DNA of 40,436 nucleotides, from IMG/VR virus record IMGVR_UViG_2737471852_000004; one strand, given 5' to 3'. This DNA comes from a virus (lineage: Duplodnaviria; Heunggongvirae; Uroviricota; Caudoviricetes). Below the pieces are notes generated by a model that did no database searches, was not told the DNA's origin, and worked only from the letters and a program-made list of their open reading frames with translations. The translations under genes and the position numbers were made by a program. This document shows, one piece after another, positions 1 to 7,914 of the stretch (its first letter is position 1; each line of letters starts with the position of its first letter).

Positions 1-1248
1 ATGGCACTGAATATTCCATTCAGAAATGCGTACTATCGTTTTGCATCCAGTTACTCATTTCTCTTTTTTATTTCCTGGTCGCTGTGGTGGTCGTTATACG
101 CTATTTGGCTGAAAGGACATCTAGGGTTGACAGGGACGGAATTAGGTACACTTTATTCGGTCAACCAGTTTACCAGCATTCTATTTATGATGTTCTACGG
201 CATCGTTCAGGATAAACTCGGTCTGAAGAAACCGCTCATCTGGTGTATGAGTTTCATCCTGGTCTTGACCGGACCGTTTATGATTTACGTTTATGAACCG
301 TTACTGCAAAGCAATTTTTCTGTAGGTCTAATTCTGGGGGCGCTCTTTTTTGGCCTGGGGTATCTGGCGGGATGCGGTTTGCTTGACAGCTTCACCGAAA
401 AAATGGCGCGAAATTTTCATTTCGAATATGGAACAGCGCGCGCCTGGGGATCTTTTGGCTATGCTATTGGCGCGTTCTTTGCCGGCATATTTTTTAGTAT
501 CAGTCCCCATATCAACTTCTGGTTGGTCTCGCTATTTGGCGCTGTATTTATGATGATCAACATGTGTTTTAAAGATAAGGATCACCAGTGCGTAGCGGCG
601 GATGCGGGAGGGGTAAAAAAAGAGGATTTTATCGCAGTTTTCAAGGATCGAAACTTCTGGGTTTTCGTCATATTTATTGTGGGGACGTGGTCTTTCTATA
701 ACATTTTTGATCAACAACTTTTTCCTGTCTTTTATGCAGGTTTATTCGAATCACACGATGTAGGAACGCGCCTGTATGGTTATCTCAACTCATTCCAGGT
801 GGTACTCGAAGCGCTATGCATGGCGATTATTCCTTTCTTTGTGAATCGGGTAGGGCCAAAAAATGCATTACTTATCGGTGTTGTGATTATGGCGTTGCGT
901 ATCCTTTCCTGCGCGCTGTTCGTTAACCCCTGGATTATTTCATTAGTGAAGCTGTTACATGCCATTGAGGTTCCACTTTGTGTCATATCCGTCTTCAAAT
1001 ACAGCGTGGCAAACTTTGATAAGCGCCTGTCGTCGACGATCTTTCTGATTGGTTTTCAAATTGCCAGTTCGCTTGGGATTGTGCTGCTTTCAACGCCGAC
1101 TGGGATACTCTTTGACCACGCAGGCTACCAGACAGTTTTCTTCGCAATTTCGGGTATTGTCTGCCTGATGTTGCTATTTGGCATTTTCTTCCTGAGTAAA
1201 AAACGCGAGCAAATAGTTATGGAAACGCCTGTACCTTCAGCAATATAG
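1..1248 (+). CDS. MFS sugar:H+ symporter, LacY / oligosaccharide:H+ symporter family (host flank)
   Basis: 415-aa hydrophobic ORF; motifs FEYGTARAWGSFGYA, YNIFDQQ, GPKNALL, FKYSVANFD align with E. coli LacY as recalled. Confidence 0.85.
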   Translation: MALNIPFRNAYYRFASSYSFLFFISWSLWWSLYAIWLKGHLGLTGTELGTLYSVNQFTSILFMMFYGIVQDKLGLKKPLIWCMSFILVLTGPFMIYVYEPLLQSNFSVGLILGALFFGLGYLAGCGLLDSFTEKMARNFHFEYGTARAWGSFGYAIGAFFAGIFFSISPHINFWLVSLFGAVFMMINMCFKDKDHQCVAADAGGVKKEDFIAVFKDRNFWVFVIFIVGTWSFYNIFDQQLFPVFYAGLFESHDVGTRLYGYLNSFQVVLEALCMAIIPFFVNRVGPKNALLIGVVIMALRILSCALFVNPWIISLVKLLHAIEVPLCVISVFKYSVANFDKRLSSTIFLIGFQIASSLGIVLLSTPTGILFDHAGYQTVFFAISGIVCLMLLFGIFFLSKKREQIVMETPVPSAI

Positions 1249-1256
1249 ACGTAAAC

Positions 1257-1300
1257 TTTTCCGGTTGTTGTCGATATCTCCCTATCCCTCAACCGGAAAA
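1257..1300 (+). terminator. Hairpin immediately after MFS stop: 11-bp perfect inverted repeat (TTTTCCGGTTG / CAACCGGAAAA), 22-nt loop
   Basis: Inverted repeat read directly; loop is long and the downstream tract is A/T-rich rather than a clean U-run. Confidence 0.35.
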
Positions 1301-1772
1301 TAATAATACTAAAGTGCTTAGCCCTGCTAATAATCACCTAATCCAAACGCCTCATTCATGTTCTGGTACAGTCGCTCAAATGTACTTCAGATGCGCGGTT
1401 CGCTGATTTCCAGGACATTGTCGTCATTCAGCGACCTGTCCCGTGTATCACGGTCCTGCGAATTCATCAAGGAATGCATTGCGGAGTGAAGTATCGAGTC
1501 ACGCCATATTTCGCTATCAGGATTCTGTGTGATGGTTACATCGCCCGGCCCAGGGCTGTTTAGTCATCAGCGCTTTCTGACAGTGCTGAGATTTCAACCT
1601 GTTGCAGTAAAAATGAGTAGATATAGGGCATGCTGCCAAACCCATCTTTTACGGAGTGAAGGTAGATTTCGTTTGAAGGGTATCTGGTGTCCCCTGCAGA
1701 CATCTACTTGAAGCGGCAGGGGATTGATTGGAATGGTATTTTTTAGATGTGAGAAATATTTTACCCGCTATT

Positions 1773-1973
1773 TTACCCATTGGCGCGGCTTAAGAGCTTA
1801 TTTTTGAATTCACAATGGTCACGATATAACCATCTTGCTCGCCCGTGGATAACTTTGGCTTTAGGCAGGTCTCCGGACTTAATCCGGTCGTAGATGAAGG
1901 TTTTACCGAAGCCAGTATCGGCCATGATGAATTTCAAATCAACCAGTGAATCAGGCTGTAGTTCGTGTTGCAT
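1773..1973 (-). CDS. xis: Excisionase / AlpA-family DNA-binding protein
   Basis: 66 aa; HTH pattern ...MADTGFGKTFIYDRIKSGDLPKAKVIHGRARWLYRDHCEFK matches AlpA/Xis family; RBS GGAG 6 nt upstream of ATG at 1973; terminal gene of leftward operon. Confidence 0.7.
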   Translation of the reverse strand: MQHELQPDSLVDLKFIMADTGFGKTFIYDRIKSGDLPKAKVIHGRARWLYRDHCEFKNKLLSRANG

Positions 1974-2015
1974 GAGTGCTATCTCCGAATAGGGAATCGA
2001 ACCTGCAAATCAGGT

Positions 2016-2038
2016 AAAAAAACCGCCATCAGGCGGCT
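2016..2038 (-). terminator. Intrinsic terminator on minus strand (stem CCGCC/GGCGG, loop TGAT, U7 tract)
   Basis: Minus-strand RNA reads AAGCCGCC-TGAT-GGCGG-TTTTTTT; sits 40 nt after the 3' end of the 2080-2379 gene. Confidence 0.6.
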
Positions 2039-2079
2039 TGGTGTTCTTTCAGTTCTTCAATTCGAATGTTGGTTACGTC

Positions 2080-2379
2080 TTATTCGATACGCACTCCTGG
2101 TATTTCGCCTTTTGATATTGCTAAGTCATAAATTTGCGCAGCACTATACCCATCTCGCATCCATGAATCTAAGGCGCGAACAGCCTCGCTACGCTTTTTA
2201 TCTTCTCTCTCATTTTTGATATCAACGAGGACATCAACGCAATTAAGGCAAATGTGGATTTTGTCCTTACATTCGATCATGGCTGCTTTACTATGATTTC
2301 CGCCACACAGTGAGCATAAATCTTCAGGGTCTGGCTGGTATTTCTGTAACGTTAGAGGGTTGAATGTTGAACAGGCCAT
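2080..2379 (-). CDS. Hypothetical Cys-rich (zinc-ribbon-like) protein
   Basis: ORF with CSLCGG...CLNC Cys pairs; start placed at third Met (2379), which has GGAG 6 nt upstream. Confidence 0.5.
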   Translation of the reverse strand: MACSTFNPLTLQKYQPDPEDLCSLCGGNHSKAAMIECKDKIHICLNCVDVLVDIKNEREDKKRSEAVRALDSWMRDGYSAAQIYDLAISKGEIPGVRIE

Positions 2380-2390
2380 AATCATCTCCA

Positions 2391-2415
2391 TAAAACAAAA
2401 CTCGCCGTAGCGAGT
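2391..2415 (-). terminator. Candidate intrinsic terminator on minus strand (stem ACTCGC/GCGAGT, loop TACG, U-rich tail)
   Basis: Minus-strand RNA reads ACTCGC-TACG-GCGAGT-TTTGTTTT between the ASCH-like gene and the Cys-rich gene. Confidence 0.45.
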
Positions 2416-2450
2416 TCAGATAAAAGAAATCCCCGCGAGTGCGAGGATTG

Positions 2451-2735
2451 TTATTCATTGCTGATATTCACCTTTATCGCGAACACCTTTACCGGTTTAT
2501 CACCGAAGTGCGGATGTGTGATTGTCTTGATTTCATATCCACCATACGGAACATCAATTCTGCGACTGGAATCGTCGCGCTTCGGATATCCCTTTGTGAT
2601 AATCAGGCGGTCATACTCCCGGAACATAATTCGCTTATTCCAGTAGTCATTACACAGGCGATACTCTTCCGTTTTCTCTCCGCGAATCATGGCATCGAAG
2701 TATTCACCTTTGACAGCAAGCTGTAGGTTAGCCAC
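2451..2735 (-). CDS. ASCH-like domain protein (hypothetical)
   Basis: N-terminus LAVKGEYFDAMIRGEKTEEYR resembles the start of ASCH/PUA-like domains; GTG start at 2735 has GGAGG 6 nt upstream and overlaps the upstream stop. Confidence 0.45.
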   Translation of the reverse strand: MANLQLAVKGEYFDAMIRGEKTEEYRLCNDYWNKRIMFREYDRLIITKGYPKRDDSSRRIDVPYGGYEIKTITHPHFGDKPVKVFAIKVNISNE

Positions 2736-3336
2736 GGTTAACCTCCAGTTGTGGTGCTGCCTCAATAGCAGCCCTGTAACCAGCAGCATGACCGCGAAAG
2801 TTAGCAATCTCTGATAGCCACGCTTTAATCATGGCCTGAGTTGGTTCCTTCGGCACCATAACCCAACCATCCTGAGTTACCGGAGAGTTGCCATCCAGCG
2901 CGTTCAACTTGTAAGCCTGGCTTACAGGTTCGGCACTATGAAGCATGGCAGCGCGGCAGGCGTTCCAGCCATCAACATAATCAAACGTATTGCTATCGTC
3001 TGGCTCGATTTCATCCGGCACTACCGGCTCTGGTTGGATAGTGACGTTGGCAAAGGCAGCACGCAAACCGGCCTTAATTTCCTCTACTTCATCAGCGCCT
3101 AGCGATGAATCTGACAATGCGTGATGGAATGCGTAAGCCATGTCGTCGTTTACTGCAACCGGTTCTGCTTCCAGCGATGCCAGTGCAATCCGTACCAGTT
3201 CCAGTTCCCGTTCAACCATCTCAAGAACAACTTTGCAGTCCTCACCTTCTTTGCTGGCACGTCCTTTCAAGTCTTCCAGATAACTAACGCTTTCGCGTGC
3301 ATGGGATATTAACTGTTCTTTGGTAATAGTGGTCAT
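2728..3336 (-). CDS. Hypothetical phage early protein (acidic, 202 aa)
   Basis: Long ORF, translationally coupled to neighbours; no recognisable motif. Confidence 0.55.
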   Translation of the reverse strand: MTTITKEQLISHARESVSYLEDLKGRASKEGEDCKVVLEMVERELELVRIALASLEAEPVAVNDDMAYAFHHALSDSSLGADEVEEIKAGLRAAFANVTIQPEPVVPDEIEPDDSNTFDYVDGWNACRAAMLHSAEPVSQAYKLNALDGNSPVTQDGWVMVPKEPTQAMIKAWLSEIANFRGHAAGYRAAIEAAPQLEVNRG

Positions 3337-3338
3337 AG

Positions 3339-3530
3339 CTATTTCACTTTAATCTCAACATTTCGCAGCTTTAGCTCTACTGGCAGGTCTGACTTTCCTG
3401 TTAATGCTAATGCGAGATTTTCAGGAGTAATGAGAGCAGTTATTGTTTTCCCCATTGCCAGACGAATAATCATTCGTATCTCGCGATCGTCACATGCTCC
3501 CGGTCGAACAATTGATATTTGTCCATTCAT
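3339..3530 (-). CDS. Hypothetical small protein (63 aa)
   Basis: ATG at 3530 has AGGAG 7 nt upstream, 1 nt after the Ead stop; the longer track ORF (to 3572) would overlap Ead by 41 nt. Confidence 0.4.
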   Translation of the reverse strand: MNGQISIVRPGACDDREIRMIIRLAMGKTITALITPENLALALTGKSDLPVELKLRNVEIKVK

Positions 3531-3531
3531 C

Positions 3532-4134
3532 TCACTCTCCTTTGATGCGAATGCCAGCGGCGCGGATTGCATCGATGACTTCAGAAACTTTGTATGCCAT
3601 TACCGTTTGGTAATCATCGTGAAAATCTGTTCGATGAAGCATGCTGCTACGTTCCGGGAGCAGTATTTCCCGATCCTCCAGTTCTGCTATGCGCTTCTCT
3701 GCGGATTCCAGCTTCTCGCGCATATCGTCAACGTACTCGACCAGAGAACCGCCAGCAGGAATTTCGCACTCCTCGACCAGTTGGAAGTAGATATCAGCTG
3801 CGGCCCGTGTGTTGCTATGCCTAGCGTCGCCCATCTCACCTTCACGAAGAGCATCGCGTTCGGCGGTAAGATTGGCTATTTTGCTGTCTTTGCCTTCAAG
3901 CTCAACGCGCAGCTTCCCTACCGTTAGCGCAATTTCCTCGTTCTCCTGGTCGCGGGATTTGATGTATTGCTGGTTTCTTTCCCGTTCATCCAGTAGTGCA
4001 AGCACAATGTGTGGCGTTATTAAGGACTCAAATTCGGCAACAGCTTGCTCACCTCGCTTGTAATTATTAATCCCACCTAAATCTTTCGCGTTCTGCGCCG
4101 CCTCACGCAGTGCCTGATAGTCAATCTTGCTCAT
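3532..4134 (-). CDS. Ead/Ea22-like family protein
   Basis: N-terminus MSKIDYQALREAAQNA... and coiled-coil middle are typical of Ead/Ea22-like proteins of P22-like and lambdoid prophages (recalled). Confidence 0.7.
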   Translation of the reverse strand: MSKIDYQALREAAQNAKDLGGINNYKRGEQAVAEFESLITPHIVLALLDERERNQQYIKSRDQENEEIALTVGKLRVELEGKDSKIANLTAERDALREGEMGDARHSNTRAAADIYFQLVEECEIPAGGSLVEYVDDMREKLESAEKRIAELEDREILLPERSSMLHRTDFHDDYQTVMAYKVSEVIDAIRAAGIRIKGE

Positions 4135-4135
4135 G

Positions 4136-4435
4136 TCACACCACCCTGAATCCGTTGCATTTACGTAAAAAATCGCAGATATAGCCCTTCATTTTTTCGT
4201 GCCAATCTCGATCATTCCCATTGCACCAACCATCAGGTGGAGTCCAGTTTTCTATCAGAGCAGCCATTTTCTTTGCTTTCGCCGGAGTAGCTGTTGCGGT
4301 ATCGCAGTAATGACGAGTGTCAACCAACGCATCCATACCATCGATATCAAGTACGCAAAACCATGTGTGATTCGGAATTCCTACAGGTGGTATTTGTTGC
4401 CCACGTCGACGTTTATCAATAAGATATACACTCAC
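4136..4435 (-). CDS. Hypothetical protein (99 aa, Cys/Trp-rich)
   Basis: GTG start at 4435 has AAGGAGG 6 nt upstream and overlaps the upstream stop (GTGA); stop is 1 nt before the Ead ATG. Confidence 0.5.
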   Translation of the reverse strand: MSVYLIDKRRRGQQIPPVGIPNHTWFCVLDIDGMDALVDTRHYCDTATATPAKAKKMAALIENWTPPDGWCNGNDRDWHEKMKGYICDFLRKCNGFRVV

Positions 4436-4599
4436 TGCTTGCCTCCTTTGCGCCACATCGCATTCAGATATTTGTTTTGATTTACTGACGGAAAAGAATT
4501 TCTCTTAAGCAATTCCTCTCTCGATGGCATTGGCTTTACGCGTTGGCGAATAATCATTTCTGCTGGAAGAATGCCGGGATTGTATGCAAGTCCTCTCAT
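4432..4599 (-). CDS. Hypothetical small protein (55 aa)
   Basis: ATG at 4599 has GAGG 8 nt upstream; alternative ATG at 4617 overlaps the upstream stop. Confidence 0.35.
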   Translation of the reverse strand: MRGLAYNPGILPAEMIIRQRVKPMPSREELLKRNSFPSVNQNKYLNAMWRKGGKQ

Positions 4600-4609
4600 G
4601 GTAAATTCC

Positions 4610-4903
4610 TCAGTCATTACTGATAGCGCCATAGCGTGAGCGGTAATTACGCAGGCGCGGGTCAATTTCAGGGAAGTGGGTATATGTGGCTTTGCGGAAT
4701 GGTCGGATTGATGTCTGGTAAATTCGCTCGCGTTCTTTTTTCTCTGCAAGCCAGATACAATGGCGAAATTCCTTTTCCTCTTTCGTTTCCTGCGGTAGCG
4801 ACATTATCAGGTCGTAGTTTTTTCTGAATTTATCCAGCACCTCCAATACGGAATTGCCGGAACAGCGGCGCGCGTCGTCCGCACCATACAGAGGCGCTGG
4901 CAT
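4610..4903 (-). CDS. Hypothetical protein (97 aa)
   Basis: ATG at 4903 has AAGGA 7 nt upstream. Confidence 0.5.
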   Translation of the reverse strand: MPAPLYGADDARRCSGNSVLEVLDKFRKNYDLIMSLPQETKEEKEFRHCIWLAEKKERERIYQTSIRPFRKATYTHFPEIDPRLRNYRSRYGAISND

Positions 4904-4926
4904 AATGGAATCCTTATTTTGCTAAT

Positions 4927-5310
4927 TTAGAAGGGAATTGAATCGTCGTATTCAGGATGATTTTGATGATTGCTACTTTGTTGCTGTTGGCTGTTTCCTG
5001 AAGTTGCAAATCCAATCTTTGCATTCAGTAATTCAAGAGTGATTGATTGACCATTTTGCCCCTGATAAGCATCAACCCTGATGTTTTCTCCGGTAATTTC
5101 AACAATGCCTCCTTCAACCAGAACGCTACGGTAGTAATCCGCTTGCGCTCCCGGCTTGGCAAATACAACGGCGCTGTAGTTTGTCCATTCTTTCTTTTTT
5201 GTCTGGCGATCGTAATACTGAACGCCAGCACGGATGTTGAATCCGATATTTTCCCCGGCCTGAAACTCTCTTGCGGGCTTGTTTAGTCTTACAGTAATCG
5301 AATGTGCCAT
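4927..5310 (-). CDS. Compact SSB-like protein with acidic C-terminal tip (...PEYDDSIPF)
   Basis: C-terminus matches the bacterial SSB tail D-D-D-I-P-F; OB-fold-like core; ATG overlaps the Erf stop (TAATG). Confidence 0.55.
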   Translation of the reverse strand: MAHSITVRLNKPAREFQAGENIGFNIRAGVQYYDRQTKKKEWTNYSAVVFAKPGAQADYYRSVLVEGGIVEITGENIRVDAYQGQNGQSITLELLNAKIGFATSGNSQQQQSSNHQNHPEYDDSIPF

Positions 5311-5915
5311 TAAGCAGCAGCTCCTTCTAATTCGTCTCGTCTGATGTTGTAAACGTCCTGCGCTTTGTGCTGCTCAGGTGTGCCTTCGAGCATCTTCCAC
5401 GCTTTGGCGAACGCCTGTTTAAGCTCTTCTACGGTGTTTTTCTGCATTGCTGCGTCAGTGAATGCTTTTAGAACCTGTTCAGGTGTAGGTGATGGTTTTG
5501 ATTGCTTTGCTGCTGCGTTCTGCTGATGTTTATGCTCGTCTGTATCTGCATCTTTCGCATCATCTATGCCGAACAAACCATTGAGGCAATACTTGCGCGC
5601 ATAAGAGCTTGTAGCTCCAGTAACTTGTGCAGAATCCATTCCTTTCTTGCTTTCTTCCTCTCGTGCAAGAGCAGTTGCCGTATGACTGTTTTCGCCATCG
5701 GTAATAGTTGCCGTGGCTTTCACGTAATACCGATCACCAATCAACACAACTTCATCGCTGATTGATAAAAACAGGCCATTCAGTAACGGCTTAACGCCTT
5801 CAAGAATGTCTTCGCAGCTTCTGTATTTATATTTACCGAATGAGTTGTACTGATTCTTTGGCGCGTTCAGATTCTCCTGAATAGCTGCCAGTCTTGCGTA
5901 AAATTCTTTGCTCAT
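5310..5915 (-). CDS. erf: Erf-family single-strand annealing recombinase
   Basis: MSKEFYARLAAIQENLNAPKNQYNSFGKYKYRSCEDILEGVKPLL... is near-identical to phage P22 Erf as recalled; start at Met 5915, not the upstream track start. Confidence 0.9.
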   Translation of the reverse strand: MSKEFYARLAAIQENLNAPKNQYNSFGKYKYRSCEDILEGVKPLLNGLFLSISDEVVLIGDRYYVKATATITDGENSHTATALAREEESKKGMDSAQVTGATSSYARKYCLNGLFGIDDAKDADTDEHKHQQNAAAKQSKPSPTPEQVLKAFTDAAMQKNTVEELKQAFAKAWKMLEGTPEQHKAQDVYNIRRDELEGAAA

Positions 5916-5925
5916 ATGATTGTTC

Positions 5926-6096
5926 TCAGAATGGACACGGCCCAAGGAAATAACGCTGATTTAATACTTCGACTCTGGACAAGTTAAGGCATACCCGCAT
6001 TCCTTCGCGGTCACCATTATGGCGATACCAGAGAGCTTTCTGCGTGTACATGCGTCTCTGTAACTTGCTCTCCTTCACTGTGGTTGCAAGTGACAT
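5926..6096 (-). CDS. Small ORF (56 aa) in the position of P22 arf
   Basis: ATG at 6096 has AAGGAG 6 nt upstream; assignment by position only; a competing 52-aa ORF (6017-6175) overlaps in another frame. Confidence 0.3.
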   Translation of the reverse strand: MSLATTVKESKLQRRMYTQKALWYRHNGDREGMRVCLNLSRVEVLNQRYFLGPCPF

Positions 6097-6171
6097 GAAT
6101 ATCTCCTTCGTTACCGATTAATTCTTTCATCTGACGAATGAATTCTTCGTCTGACCAGTTATCTGTAAAAC

Positions 6172-6324
6172 TCATTTCCTGCGATACCACGGAAGGTTGA
6201 TAGCTGATTTCATCGCTTTATTTGCTTCAAGCCACATTTTTGAATCACCAATAAATCTGGCTATTACTGCTTTGTTTTGTGCAGCACGAAGCATCTGGTG
6301 ATTGATGGCTATTTCATTGCGCAT
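6172..6324 (-). CDS. Small ORF (50 aa), possible Kil-like host-division inhibitor
   Basis: ATG at 6324 has GAGGT 6 nt upstream; between cIII-like and erf as kil is in P22; motif ARFIGDSKMW is only tentatively Kil-like. Confidence 0.35.
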   Translation of the reverse strand: MRNEIAINHQMLRAAQNKAVIARFIGDSKMWLEANKAMKSAINLPWYRRK

Positions 6325-6440
6325 AATAAGACCTCAACTCTTTTCCATCCGTCACGTAATTTACGGGTGATTCGTTCAAGTAAAGATTCATTTAGTTGGA
6401 AGGCACCCATGCGAGCGCCTCCCGCGATTGCGTAAATCAT
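6309..6440 (-). CDS. cIII: CIII-like protein (FtsH inhibitor / lysogeny promoter)
   Basis: 43 aa MIYAIAGGARMGAFQLNESLLERITRKLRDGWKR...; the ESLLERITRKLRDGWKR core matches lambda CIII as recalled; AAGGA RBS. Confidence 0.65.
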   Translation of the reverse strand: MIYAIAGGARMGAFQLNESLLERITRKLRDGWKRVEVLLCAMK

Positions 6441-6464
6441 GGGTGGTTCCTTATGTTGGTTTTA

Positions 6465-7433
6465 TTAGTAGATTATTTTTGTTGCGAATACTTCGCCTTT
6501 TACGATGGCTGTTATGATATTTTTAGCAACATCTTCTGATGCGCCAACCTTGATAAGGTCAGCAAGTATTTTGTTATTTACTTCTTTTCGGTGAGCTTTA
6601 TCCTTTGCTCTACGCTCTTCTTCGTCCTTGATTCTTTTTTCTTCTGCTATTCTGGCTTGCTCTTTTGCTTCAGCCTCGCGCCGGATTCGTTCAGCCTCCT
6701 CCTGTGCTTTTCGGCGTTCTGCTTCAATTGCCGCCTGCTTTTCTCTTTCAGCTTGTTCTGCTGCCTCTTTTGCTTCGCGCTGTGCTCGTTGCTCGGCTTC
6801 AATGCGTTCACGCTCTGCACGTTCCGCTGCGGCCTTAGCTTCTGCTTCTCGCCTTGCTGCTGCTTCAATTTCGGCTTTTGCCTTTGCTTCGGCTTCAGCT
6901 CTGGCTTTCTCTTCAGCTTCTCTTTGTAAGCGTTCTTCATGCTCTCGCTTTTCCTTCTCCGCTTTGAGTCTTGCCTCTTCTCTTTGGCGGTCAAATTCGC
7001 GATCCATCAAAATCGCTATTTCATGGTCAGACTCAATTTGCTTTGCGAGAGCTTCAGCTGCTGCCTTAGCTTCTTCTTCGGCTTTAATCCGCGCCTGTTC
7101 TTCCTCATAATCAGTAAGAGGCTGGCGTGCCTTGGCTTTCAGCTCATCAAGGCGATCACGCACTGTCTTGCGGTTGGCATCAATTAGCTTTGGAATTTCC
7201 TTCAGTTCAGCAACAAGGTCTTTGCCAAGACCATCGAGATATGTTTTCGTCTGCGCAACTTTATACGCCAGAGAAGCGATCTCCTTTCTGCCCTTTGCCG
7301 TTGTGATATCAGGCACAAAGGACATAACTTCACGTTCAACCTTTTGGAGAATTTCTTCAATCTGGTCGGCAGACTGAAATACAGTCATTGCATTTGCTTT
7401 TTCAATAACAACTAAATCTGTTACTTCACTCAT
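6465..7433 (-). CDS. Hypothetical coiled-coil protein with about 180-aa E/A/K/R-rich low-complexity repeat
   Basis: Start at Met 7433 with GGAGG RBS (track ORF extends to 7487); N-terminal globular part, long AEAKA/EAERR repeat, short C-terminal domain. Confidence 0.6.
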   Translation of the reverse strand: MSEVTDLVVIEKANAMTVFQSADQIEEILQKVEREVMSFVPDITTAKGRKEIASLAYKVAQTKTYLDGLGKDLVAELKEIPKLIDANRKTVRDRLDELKAKARQPLTDYEEEQARIKAEEEAKAAAEALAKQIESDHEIAILMDREFDRQREEARLKAEKEKREHEERLQREAEEKARAEAEAKAKAEIEAAARREAEAKAAAERAERERIEAEQRAQREAKEAAEQAEREKQAAIEAERRKAQEEAERIRREAEAKEQARIAEEKRIKDEEERRAKDKAHRKEVNNKILADLIKVGASEDVAKNIITAIVKGEVFATKIIY

Positions 7434-7608
7434 ATATCCTCCATCAAAAAAATCGCCCTCACATCGGAGGGCAAAGAAGATTTCCAATAATCAGAACAAG
7501 TCGGCTCCTGTTTAGTTACGAGCGACATTGCTCCGTGTATTCACTCGTTGGAATGAATACACAGTGCAGTGTTTATTCTGTTGTTTATGCTAAAAATAAA
7601 GGCCACCA

Positions 7609-7860
7609 TCAGGCAGCCTTGTTGTAAATGTTGCAGGTATCAAGTAAGTAATTAGATGGAGCGCCATAAATTATGAATTCATCGTTTGTCGGGTCCATCT
7701 CCATCTCTTGGCCTATTGCCATTCTTGCGTCAGTGTCATCAGCGGCGAAGCATAAAACAGCCCACGCACCCATTGTTTTAAAAAGAACTGCAATTGGCTG
7801 TGGTTTTACTGAATTTGCGTTAGCGCGAAAATCACAAATCGCACTTTCATGAAACTCCAT
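7609..7860 (-). CDS. Hypothetical protein (83 aa)
   Basis: ATG at 7860 has GAGGTG 4 nt upstream. Confidence 0.5.
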   Translation of the reverse strand: MEFHESAICDFRANANSVKPQPIAVLFKTMGAWAVLCFAADDTDARMAIGQEMEMDPTNDEFIIYGAPSNYLLDTCNIYNKAA

Positions 7861-7914
7861 ATATCACCTCAAATAAGTGGTTTGCTGCGAAAGTAAATAC
7901 GCTTAAGTTACCTG

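Noticed and set aside
1529-1711. 60-aa plus-strand ORF in the xis-to-host spacer
   Set aside because: No RBS or recognisable motif; the region is more plausibly att/int-remnant DNA. Translations of the opposite strand also show no recombinase motifs.
1985-2005. GGAATCGAACC motif resembling a tRNA T-arm on the minus strand
   Set aside because: Flanking bases do not form a T-stem or acceptor stem and there is no CCA context; the motif lies in the RBS/leader of xis. Not a tRNA or att-site tRNA fragment as far as I can fold by eye.
3430-3927. 165-aa plus-strand ORF antisense to the Ead/Ea22-like gene
   Set aside because: The minus-strand product has a recognisable Ead/Ea22-like N-terminus and operon coupling; the plus-strand ORF has neither.
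6017-6175. 52-aa minus-strand ORF overlapping the arf-position ORF
   Set aside because: RBS spacing is poor (AGGA 3 nt from ATG), whereas the overlapping 5926-6096 ORF has AAGGAG at optimal spacing. Kept only as an alternative.
6591-7110. Three long track ORFs (6591-6929 +, 6628-7110 +, 6647-6994 -) inside the coiled-coil gene
   Set aside because: Their products are Ser/Ala/Cys/Phe low-complexity strings produced by the repetitive DNA in alternative frames; no RBS; they overlap the better-supported minus-strand gene.
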